Part shown: piece after piece, positions 56,274 to 64,000 of the stretch
Numbering within the stretch: position 1 is the stretch's first letter
Layout of the letters: each line of letters opens with the position of its first letter
DNA from: a virus
Lineage: Duplodnaviria; Caudoviricetes
IMG/VR virus record: IMGVR_UViG_3300022602_003472
Span: 23 to 64,022 of that record
Reading direction: 5' to 3' (one strand)
DNA length: 64,000 bases
The notes under the pieces: generated by a model
What the model was told of the DNA's origin: nothing
The model's input: the letters and a program-made list of their open reading frames with translations, nothing else
Databases searched by the model: none
Position numbers and translations under genes: made by a program

Positions 56274-57473
56274 TCACAAAAATTTCAAATGGGCCGTGTT
56301 GATCGAGATACCAGCGAGGTAGTCAGCTGCGTTACCCAAGCTGCTTGCCGTGTTGGTAAGCTCTAGGTAGCCATAACGGGACATGAAGCTCACTACTGGC
56401 TCGAAGGTATTCGGATCAATGATAACGCCTGAAGACGTTAGCGGAACGTATGGGCAGTAATAAGCTGCTGCATCAATTTCGCCTGGACCCTTGTAACCAA
56501 CGAGAACGTTGGTAGCATCGCTTGCGTACTGGTTGACGTAAACACGCATGCTGTTGTTCAAAGTACCAACGAACTTGGTGTTGGTTGGAGCTTCGAACGT
56601 GCCTTCCGTGGTACGTGCAAACGCAGAAGTCGTTGCAGACTGTAGGATGGTGAGAGCGGTTGGGCTCACAACAACCCAGTTGCCTGCGCCACGACGTGTG
56701 CGTGCAGCGATCAAGTTAGCAGCACGGTTGATGAGGATCGCAAGAGCTGCGTGCTCGTCACCAACGAATGTTGCTGTACCAGAAACTGCAGCCTGATCGT
56801 AGGTCAGTGTAGTACCAGCGAGAGCGAGCAAGGAGGTCAAGATCTCCTGATCGATTTCAGCGGTAATTTCCTGAGCTAGAGCAGCCATGATTTCTGCTTC
56901 GATATCAATGCCCTGCTGTGCCTGTGCATCCTGTGCAGCTTCAAAGGTCCAACGAGCTGATAGCTTGCGGGTCTTTGCTTCCACAACTTCCTTGAGGATC
57001 TGGATGTTCAAGCGCTTACCAGCAACGCCTTCGAGGACGCTAACTGGTGCAGCTGCCGGAGCAGTGCTGTTGCCGTTACCAGAGTAGAACGCAGCGATCT
57101 GGAATGGGCTAAGTGCTTCTGTGTTAGCTGCAACTGGATTTGGCGAACCAAACGTGTCAGCATAACGAACGCGCAGCGTGTGGATCTGGCCAACTGGGCC
57201 AGTCATAGGCTGAACGCCAATGATTTCGTTCGCGATAACCGTAGGCATAACGCGACGAATAACTGGGAGGATAACCTTGTTGAGAGTAGCAACGTTACCT
57301 GCAGACGTGCTGCCTGGTGTTGCACTTTCAAAAAGTATTCCGGACTTGCTCTGCAGGTCCTTCTTGGTGTTCTCAAGGACAACTTCCATTACCTTCTTGC
57401 GATTGCCTGAGAGACCTTCGCAGAGTGCGGTCTTGGTAGCCGACCAATGAGTTTCAAATAGATTCTTGCTCAT
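56274..57473 (-). CDS. gp23: Major capsid protein (gp23-like)
   Basis: IIGVQPMTGPVGQI, AKTRKLSARWTFE, EITAEIDQE, YYCPYVPL, SFMSRYG. Confidence 0.96.
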   Translation of the reverse strand: MSKNLFETHWSATKTALCEGLSGNRKKVMEVVLENTKKDLQSKSGILFESATPGSTSAGNVATLNKVILPVIRRVMPTVIANEIIGVQPMTGPVGQIHTLRVRYADTFGSPNPVAANTEALSPFQIAAFYSGNGNSTAPAAAPVSVLEGVAGKRLNIQILKEVVEAKTRKLSARWTFEAAQDAQAQQGIDIEAEIMAALAQEITAEIDQEILTSLLALAGTTLTYDQAAVSGTATFVGDEHAALAILINRAANLIAARTRRGAGNWVVVSPTALTILQSATTSAFARTTEGTFEAPTNTKFVGTLNNSMRVYVNQYASDATNVLVGYKGPGEIDAAAYYCPYVPLTSSGVIIDPNTFEPVVSFMSRYGYLELTNTASSLGNAADYLAGISINTAHLKFL

Positions 57474-57488
57474 AGTTTTGGCTTCCTT

Positions 57489-58691
57489 TTACTTGTTAAT
57501 GCCTGCGAGATAGAGAATTTGACCAATGTCTTGGTTATCTTCTCTCACCGCTTCTGACAGCTTGTTTGGCCTGTCACCCGTGAATGCCACGGACTTATTG
57601 GTAGCATTCTCAGACAGTCTCTGCCTGATAGCGCCAGTTGCTTCACCGTTCATCACGGTTGGAAGGTAACGATTGAAGGCTTCCTTAAGATTTACCGTCT
57701 TAATGTCCTGCAACATTTCTTCCATTATTGCCTTCTTATCGCGTGCCAGAGGAGCTAGCATCTCACTCATGAGCTCCAGCCTCTGTGTGCGATCGTTGGC
57801 TGCCTTGATCTGCGCTGCTGCTGATTCAACGAGCTTTGTCTTCTCGGTGATCTGCTTCTTTGCTTCGTCAATGCGTGACTGGCTTTCAGCCAGCTGGCGC
57901 TGCAGCTTCTTGACTTCACTGCCTTCTGAGAGGTAGCTAGCCATGTATTCGCTTGCAACGGCTTCGAAGATCCTACGACCAAAGTTGTTCTCACGAGCAA
58001 CCTTGATGTCGTCTCTCCACTGTACCAGTTCCTTGCGGATGACTTCGTTCAACGTCTTGTCCAGCGTTGAAGTTGCCTTGCTGAGGAATGCTGCCTTGGT
58101 TTCGTTGATCTTCTGCTTGCCCTCAGCAGCGAGCTTGGCGCGCTGCTCAATTAGGGCTTTCTTGTCAGTTTCAAACTCAGCAATCTCTTCTGAAAGCTTC
58201 TTGACCACGAAACCTTCGAGCTTGCTGATGCGATCCTGAGTTGACTTCTTTGCGCTTTCGCGGATAGCTTCGACTTGCTTAGCCATCTGCTTGCGCTGTG
58301 ATTCTAGCGTCTTCCTATCGGAGACGAACTCTGCCACTTCTTCCTTGAGCTGCTTGGCAATGAATGCGTTAAGCAGTTTAGTGTGTTGAGCTACCTTAGC
58401 CTCTGCGATACGCTTAGCTGCTAGAGTTTCACGGCTGAGCTTGGCCTTCTGTGCTATCAGAGCAGCGCGGTCTTCTGCGAACTCTTCAAGCTCAGAGCGG
58501 ATGGTATCGCTCATCATGTTGTCCATTGCCTCAACAAGCTGTTGCTTGTCATTGGCATAGCGTGCAGCATAATCTTCCTGCAGTTGGGCTTCGGCTTGCT
58601 TGATCTTAGCTTGGAATGCTTCTTGGAGCGCAGACTTGACCTCAGGGCCAAGCACTTCGTTCTCAAGGAGCTCTTCTAGTTTCGTTGTCAT
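57489..58691 (-). CDS. gp22: Prohead core scaffold protein (gp22-like)
   Basis: Coiled-coil, E/K/A-rich protein between the protease and capsid genes; FGRRIFEA motif. Confidence 0.8.
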   Translation of the reverse strand: MTTKLEELLENEVLGPEVKSALQEAFQAKIKQAEAQLQEDYAARYANDKQQLVEAMDNMMSDTIRSELEEFAEDRAALIAQKAKLSRETLAAKRIAEAKVAQHTKLLNAFIAKQLKEEVAEFVSDRKTLESQRKQMAKQVEAIRESAKKSTQDRISKLEGFVVKKLSEEIAEFETDKKALIEQRAKLAAEGKQKINETKAAFLSKATSTLDKTLNEVIRKELVQWRDDIKVARENNFGRRIFEAVASEYMASYLSEGSEVKKLQRQLAESQSRIDEAKKQITEKTKLVESAAAQIKAANDRTQRLELMSEMLAPLARDKKAIMEEMLQDIKTVNLKEAFNRYLPTVMNGEATGAIRQRLSENATNKSVAFTGDRPNKLSEAVREDNQDIGQILYLAGINK

Positions 58692-58703
58692 TCAACCGAC
58701 TCC

Positions 58704-59345
58704 TTATCTCAGTTTCAACTCGTCAACCCAGTTAAGCAGTACCTTCGTTAGATGCTTTTGTGCACCCACATCATGGCGAACTGCTTCAGCGAGTTCGTGA
58801 GTTCGGTATCCGTGTTTGCGATTCATGATTGCCTCGTACATAGGCACAGGGTAAGCATTAGGCGCGCTTGGCTTTGCGACGATATCAACTGTGAGCATGT
58901 CAAAGTCGCTAACTTCGCCGTTATCGTCTACGTTTCCTGAACCGCGGCTGCTAACACCAAGCTTGATGCCGCTTTGCAGTAGTGTGCGGACGATCTCACC
59001 GCAAGGCGTTGGCAACACTTGAAGCTTGCCGTAACCATTGGCTCCATCCATCCACATTTCAGTGATCTTGTGGCTTACGCGATCGAGATGTATCTGGAGC
59101 TCTTGTGGGTGATCACACTCACCGAGCACTCCGCTATCCTGTCTGATTGACTCATTCAGGGTCTCAACTGCTTTGCGGATCTCATTCACGGGATATACAC
59201 GACCGTTATGGTTGCGCAGACCACCTTGTATGAAGATGCCTTTCATGTAGACATTCTTTGGTTGGCCCTCACCAGCCGATTCAGTTATGACTTCGGCTTT
59301 CGCAGTGTCGTAGGCGAGGTGTTCAACTAGGATATTTTCTTTCAT
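58704..59345 (-). CDS. gp21: Prohead protease (gp21-like)
   Basis: GIFIQG...NHNGRVYP, GECDHP, VSHKI, LGVSSRGSG, DIVAKPSAPNA. Confidence 0.95.
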   Translation of the reverse strand: MKENILVEHLAYDTAKAEVITESAGEGQPKNVYMKGIFIQGGLRNHNGRVYPVNEIRKAVETLNESIRQDSGVLGECDHPQELQIHLDRVSHKITEMWMDGANGYGKLQVLPTPCGEIVRTLLQSGIKLGVSSRGSGNVDDNGEVSDFDMLTVDIVAKPSAPNAYPVPMYEAIMNRKHGYRTHELAEAVRHDVGAQKHLTKVLLNWVDELKLR

Positions 59346-59422
59346 GACACTACCTATATAGTTTGGGTGTGATATTTAGTGACAGTTTGATTAACCTGCC
59401 GCAAATAGGTGTTTTTTATGCG

Positions 59423-59455
59423 AAAATACCGCAGGATCAATTCCTGCGGTATTTT
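59423..59455. terminator. Intrinsic terminator
   Basis: AAAATACCGCAGGA-TCAAT-TCCTGCGGTATTTT. Confidence 0.8.
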
Positions 59456-59477
59456 GATATCATATCAGCAGTCTCAA

Positions 59478-60455
59478 TTACTTGCGCGGAGCATGTGTGA
59501 GTGGGCTGGTTTGGTTGCCCTTGCCGAAAGTGCGATCAGTTGTGTCAAGTGCGCTCTTGCTATCTTCCTTAGCACCGTACTTGCCACTCTGCTCGTTTTC
59601 CATGCCGTCTGTGGCCTTCTTGCGTTGGTTACCTTTGGCTTCGATAGGAAGCTTGTCGCTTGATGGTGCAGACTGTAGAGCGTAACCGTTGGCTGTTGGA
59701 CCCTTGCCAGTCTTGATTGGCTCAGCACCAAAGCGTGAGGTCTGGCTCGGTGGTAGTGGGCTCTTGGCCTTTTCATTGGCATCGCGTGGGCTGAACTTAC
59801 CAGCACCTACTTCGCCGCTGTGTGGCACAGTGACCTTCTCAAGCTCAACCGCTTCAGCGAGATCGTCAAAGTCTTCTTCGGTGAACATTTCGTCCATCTC
59901 TTCTTCGCCTTCTTCTTCGCCTTCCTCGTCGCTCATCTCTTCGCCGCCCATGTCATCCATGTCGCTCATTTCGCCGTCATCTGAACCACCTTCGAGGCGT
60001 TCAAACTCTGCCTTGAGATCTGCGAGTGCTGTTTCAAGATCACCCATGGTACCTTCAATGTCGCTCATGACGTCGCTGCTCATTGCAGCATCATCCATGT
60101 CCATAGCAGCATCGTCAGTTGCTGCCATAGCATCGCCGAGATCGTCTTCAGCGTCAGCCATGTCCATGTCAGCATCAGCTGCCATCATGTCTTCGTCTTC
60201 GCCCATGATCTCTTCTGATTCGATCTCATTGCTGAGTTCTTCAATGTGATCACTGTGATGCATCATGTCGTGACGCAGCTGCTTGCCTTCGTCACCACCC
60301 AGTGTTTCTTCTTCCATGTCTTCGTCAGCACTGATCAGTTCCTCGTGAATAGCACGGGCCTTTTCAATGAATACCTGATGAAGTAGGTCTTTTGCCTTGG
60401 CTTCGTCGCCTGCGACGAGATGCTCTAGGACTTGTTCTAGCTTGCTCTTAGCCAT
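59478..60455 (-). CDS. Highly acidic prohead core protein (gp67-like position)
   Basis: D/E/M-rich 325 aa protein upstream of the protease; AGGAGA SD; TAAATA upstream. Confidence 0.7.
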   Translation of the reverse strand: MAKSKLEQVLEHLVAGDEAKAKDLLHQVFIEKARAIHEELISADEDMEEETLGGDEGKQLRHDMMHHSDHIEELSNEIESEEIMGEDEDMMAADADMDMADAEDDLGDAMAATDDAAMDMDDAAMSSDVMSDIEGTMGDLETALADLKAEFERLEGGSDDGEMSDMDDMGGEEMSDEEGEEEGEEEMDEMFTEEDFDDLAEAVELEKVTVPHSGEVGAGKFSPRDANEKAKSPLPPSQTSRFGAEPIKTGKGPTANGYALQSAPSSDKLPIEAKGNQRKKATDGMENEQSGKYGAKEDSKSALDTTDRTFGKGNQTSPLTHAPRK

Positions 60456-60569
60456 TGTCTTAGTCTCCTGTGTTGTAAGATGTGGTACAGACTCGGGTAT
60501 ATTTAATACCGCAAGATGAATCTGGTGAAATATAGGTGAAAAATTACAGATTAATGACAGATATCAATA

Positions 60570-61616
60570 TTAGTAGACTTTTTGTATGTATGTAGTACCA
60601 GACGGCGCAGTGTTGTTAATGTTCACTGTGATCACTGATCCACCACCGTTTGGTAGTGTTACAGTTTGACCATCGGCTACTGCCCAACCAACTGGTAGTG
60701 TGCTGCTGGTAGGCAGCAGTATGATACCATTAGTAGGCATGGGGTTATCAAGGAACGTAGTAGTGATTATGATGTTGCTGTTACCGTGGAATATATTGCT
60801 TCCGCCAACCACGCCGTTGATTATGATGTTTGAACCAAAGCTGAGACTGTTGGCTACACCGTTGACTGGGCTAGGAACATATCCAAGTGCAGTGGAAATA
60901 TCATTGGCATTTAATTGTTGACCGCTAGTAACTATACCGTTGCTGCCAACCACCACATTTTGATAGTAACCAGCTGTGACCACATTGATCAGAGATAGCG
61001 GCATCACAACATTACTGCTGCCGTCAAAGCTTACACTTGCGTTAGCACTGCCTGTCACAGCGATAGTCATGTTGCTGGCAAAGGCATTAGCTGTGCGAGC
61101 TGTACCCCAAAGTTGTAGCCCATTTGAATCGGTAGCTAATGTAACTCCTGCCCCCAGTCCCTGCGGAAATCTACTTGACATAGAATAATACGCATCATTG
61201 ATTAGCACACTAGCAGGCAGTGCTGCCTGTGCTAGAGGTACTAGGCTTGCCGCATAGATTATCTGGTTATCTGCCAGTGTTAGTGCTACTGCTTGTCCGG
61301 AAATGCTGGTTGTGGCAGTACCAGCAGCGCCATCATAAGGAGGTGTTAACACCTTCCACTGCACACCGTTGTAATATTTGATTGCTGCTGTTATGGTATC
61401 ATACCAAAGCTGTCCTATCAGAGGACTGATGGGAGCAGTGTTACTGGCAAAAGTCTGCAGCAATTCTATGAAGTTTTGATTGATGTAAAGACCAAAATTC
61501 ACTGTATTAGCACCAACCAATGCCAAGCTAGTGCTGGTTGTGTCTATGGTACCATCTTGTACCACAATATTGCCTTGGCTAATAGCAGTCTTTTGATATG
61601 GTATGTAATAGGTCAT
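60570..61616 (-). CDS. Fibre-like virion protein (N-terminal anchor, tail-collar-like C-terminus)
   Basis: DGTIDT...NQNFIELLQTFA...GQLWYD N-terminus; SVSFDGSSNV repeat; LPVGWAVADG collar-like motif. Confidence 0.65.
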   Translation of the reverse strand: MTYYIPYQKTAISQGNIVVQDGTIDTTSTSLALVGANTVNFGLYINQNFIELLQTFASNTAPISPLIGQLWYDTITAAIKYYNGVQWKVLTPPYDGAAGTATTSISGQAVALTLADNQIIYAASLVPLAQAALPASVLINDAYYSMSSRFPQGLGAGVTLATDSNGLQLWGTARTANAFASNMTIAVTGSANASVSFDGSSNVVMPLSLINVVTAGYYQNVVVGSNGIVTSGQQLNANDISTALGYVPSPVNGVANSLSFGSNIIINGVVGGSNIFHGNSNIIITTTFLDNPMPTNGIILLPTSSTLPVGWAVADGQTVTLPNGGGSVITVNINNTAPSGTTYIQKVY

Positions 61617-61828
61617 AGAGCAGGGCCGCCTTCTTCTGCAGGAGCATATTGTATCTCAAGATGGTCAGCATGCACTAGATCTTCCAATGCTTTTGCTGCT
61701 CTCATCTTTTTCAGTTTGTTCAGCTGTACCAAGGTAAGTCTTGGACGGCGAGTGTCATGCAGATGAGCAGGAGTAAACTTGTCATCCTGTGGTGAATAGT
61801 ACGCACCTTCAATCTCATCAGCTCTCAT
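61613..61828 (-). CDS. Small hypothetical head-module protein
   Basis: DTRRPRLTLVQLNKLKKMR...QY; AGGAG SD and TAAATA upstream. Confidence 0.7.
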   Translation of the reverse strand: MRADEIEGAYYSPQDDKFTPAHLHDTRRPRLTLVQLNKLKKMRAAKALEDLVHADHLEIQYAPAEEGGPAL

Positions 61829-61863
61829 AACTTATGCTCCTACTTGGATATTTATGGTTGATA

Positions 61864-63642
61864 TCAGCCACCTAGTATGCCACCACCCGGAGGTGCTGCT
61901 GCTGCGCCGCCCGGTGCTTCACCACCTGCTGGAGGTTCTCCGCCAGCTTCTGGTGCTTCACCTTCTAATCCCTCTGGTGCTTCACCTTCTGGAGCTGGTG
62001 ATTCGGATTCTGGACGCAGGCCTATGGCATTCATGCCCGGTGGTTCAGATGCTGATGCTGTACCAGTCTTGGTCTTGACTTTCTCAGCATTTTCCTCGCG
62101 CCACATCTCTTCGTTGCGAGATATGTCATCTTGGCTCCAACCTAGATATCGTTCAAGCGCAAAGCGCTTGCTCACATACTTGGTAGCTTCTGTGCCCATG
62201 AGTGTGCTAAACAAGTTGATCTGTTCAGCATCCATACCCATCCTACGATATTCACCAAAGCTTTGGGGTGGGAAGAACTGAAGTTCAAACAGATTGCTCT
62301 GTATCTCGATACCACGGTGCTTGAGGAACAGCTTGAATTCTTTATCCAGCACAGGACTCATCAGGTTTTGCAAGCGTTCGCAGTACTTGGTAAAGCGATA
62401 TTCCTGCACGAATGCAGTGCCCATCTTACCGTCGTTATAAGTTGCTGTACCATCATCTGGTCCAGTTGGCAAATAACTGCTTGGTACGCCGAGACCGCGT
62501 ATCATCTTGTTGTTGAAGTATTTCAAATCGTCGATCTGACCAAGGTTCTCACCAGCATTGAGGGTATCAATGCGGGTACCTTTGCCTTCTGCGTTGGTAG
62601 CTAAGAAGAAATCTTCGTTGATACTGATTGGATTATACGCAGCATCAATCACGCTGGTACCACCACCTGTGCGGTTAGGTATGCGGCGTTGATATATCTC
62701 GTTCTTGATGCGTTCAACATACTGCATGGCTCGAGGACCACTGAGCGATCCCACGTCAATGTAGAACACACGACGCTCAGGTGCACGCACGATGCGATAG
62801 ATTAAGATACAATCTTCAAGCAAGTCCTTCTGCTTGTAGACTTTATAAATGCTCTCGAGGATGCTGGTACCAAAAGGCCATTGGTTATCCATGCCTTCGC
62901 TGAGGCTGAGATGTACCACGTGTGTACCGTCAACTGCAGTGTCATTGGGCAGATTGTCAAAACGCGACTGCCTAGAACCAGGACTGTTTGACTGGCCGTA
63001 ATTCAGAGTACCTGCACCACTAGCAGGATTACCTGAACGAGGATAACCTCCAGGAAAGCTGTATTGGTCATGCACCAGCATGTTTGTACCAACTAACGAT
63101 GTTAGATTGAAGTCAATGTCACGGATCACGTATTGCTCAATGCTCTTGCCCTTGTCTTCATTGACGATGATCTTCTCAACCTTGGTTGGGTCAATCCAGA
63201 TCAACTTAAAAGTTTCTGGATCGCGCACATAGATCTGATCACCATATTTGATCACGTTGCGGAACATGCGCCACAGTCGCTGGCGCCACTTGTTTAGACT
63301 GCTCCATTGCTGCAGCGTCTCTGTTAAGAGCTTTATCTCAGTTTCGCTGAGCTTGCCTTTGTAGCTGATCTGGAAAGGTTCGTCGTCTTTTTCAAAGCTC
63401 TGAGTGCTAAAGTCACTGATAGTATCTAATGCACGCGATATCTCAGAATCCAAATCCATCTGTTCGTATTGGATGTAGCGTTCTATACGATTAGGAGCTC
63501 CGCTATAAACTTCTGGTAGATAGCTGTTGTATTTTGATGCGCTACCAGGCTTAGCATCGCCATCGCTGTTCCACTGTTCCATGCGCTGCTGCATGCGAGC
63601 CTGAGTGGGAACTGCGCTGAAATATTTTTTCCAAGATGCCAT
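61864..63642 (-). CDS. gp20: Portal protein (gp20-like)
   Basis: LLEDCILIYRIVRAPERRVFYIDVG, EDFF, GENLGQIDDLKYF, LGVPSSYL. Confidence 0.96.
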   Translation of the reverse strand: MASWKKYFSAVPTQARMQQRMEQWNSDGDAKPGSASKYNSYLPEVYSGAPNRIERYIQYEQMDLDSEISRALDTISDFSTQSFEKDDEPFQISYKGKLSETEIKLLTETLQQWSSLNKWRQRLWRMFRNVIKYGDQIYVRDPETFKLIWIDPTKVEKIIVNEDKGKSIEQYVIRDIDFNLTSLVGTNMLVHDQYSFPGGYPRSGNPASGAGTLNYGQSNSPGSRQSRFDNLPNDTAVDGTHVVHLSLSEGMDNQWPFGTSILESIYKVYKQKDLLEDCILIYRIVRAPERRVFYIDVGSLSGPRAMQYVERIKNEIYQRRIPNRTGGGTSVIDAAYNPISINEDFFLATNAEGKGTRIDTLNAGENLGQIDDLKYFNNKMIRGLGVPSSYLPTGPDDGTATYNDGKMGTAFVQEYRFTKYCERLQNLMSPVLDKEFKLFLKHRGIEIQSNLFELQFFPPQSFGEYRRMGMDAEQINLFSTLMGTEATKYVSKRFALERYLGWSQDDISRNEEMWREENAEKVKTKTGTASASEPPGMNAIGLRPESESPAPEGEAPEGLEGEAPEAGGEPPAGGEAPGGAAAAPPGGGILGG

Positions 63643-63707
63643 GTGGTTTTTGCCTCGATATCAATGCGATATTTATAGTATGCTACTGATTGGATCAGCT
63701 AATCAAC

Positions 63708-64000
63708 TTAATGCACCACACCGCTGATACCAGAAAACCCATCGCTCATCACGCGAGTTTGGCGATCTTCAACTGCTAAAAGTGCTGCCATGTTATCGTT
63801 TAACTGACCAAGCAAGTCCATCATCTGCTGATGTTTTTGGTCAGCTGACACATGCGCCACCTTGGCTGCTGCGGTGGTTACACCAGGTGTAGGAGCTGTA
63901 GTTGCAGGCTCTGGTGTGCTGCTGCCCCCAAACAGACTTCCTAATATACCAGGGTTATTAGCACTTGCCTGTTTGTTGACCAGCGTGGTCAATCCAACTA
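63708..64000 (-). CDS. C-terminal part of a hypothetical protein (frame open to the right window edge)
   Basis: No stop codon in frame up to 64000; the ending LLGQLNDNMAALL resembles tails of large baseplate hub/tape proteins. Confidence 0.55.
   Translation of the reverse strand, partial: VGLTTLVNKQASANNPGILGSLFGGSSTPEPATTAPTPGVTTAAAKVAHVSADQKHQQMMDLLGQLNDNMAALLAVEDRQTRVMSDGFSGISGVVH

Noticed and set aside
59689-60249. Ser-rich 186 aa plus-strand ORF and similar antisense ORFs over structural genes
   Set aside because: Antisense reading of the Asp/Glu-rich core protein codons.

Overview
This window is part of a T4-like (Tevenvirinae-related) jumbo myophage genome, mostly encoded on the minus strand. 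The host is probably a proteobacterium. From left to right it contains: a phage groES-groEL operon with a CIRCE operator; a GC-rich, densely base-paired ~340 nt intergenic segment that looks like an unannotated ncRNA; the UvsY/UvsX/gp32 recombination genes; terminase, head-completion and tail-tube genes; and, between tail tube (gp19) and a very large tail sheath (gp18), a ~19 kb AT-richer block of about 25 tailoring-enzyme genes. That block holds 6 radical SAM enzymes (one cobalamin-binding), 7 Fe(II)/2OG-cupin oxygenases, 3 short PLP enzymes, 2 SDRs, a desaturase, a sulfotransferase-like protein, a methyltransferase and a kinase-like protein. Further right are dNMP kinase, neck and tail-terminator genes, two muralytic enzymes, a CCA-adding-type nucleotidyltransferase, four glycosyltransferases, a free-standing homing endonuclease and the capsid-scaffold-protease-portal module. 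A T4-late-type TAAATA promoter motif precedes most structural genes, and it or a close variant precedes several enzyme-block genes. All calls come from motif recognition by eye; no database searches were run.
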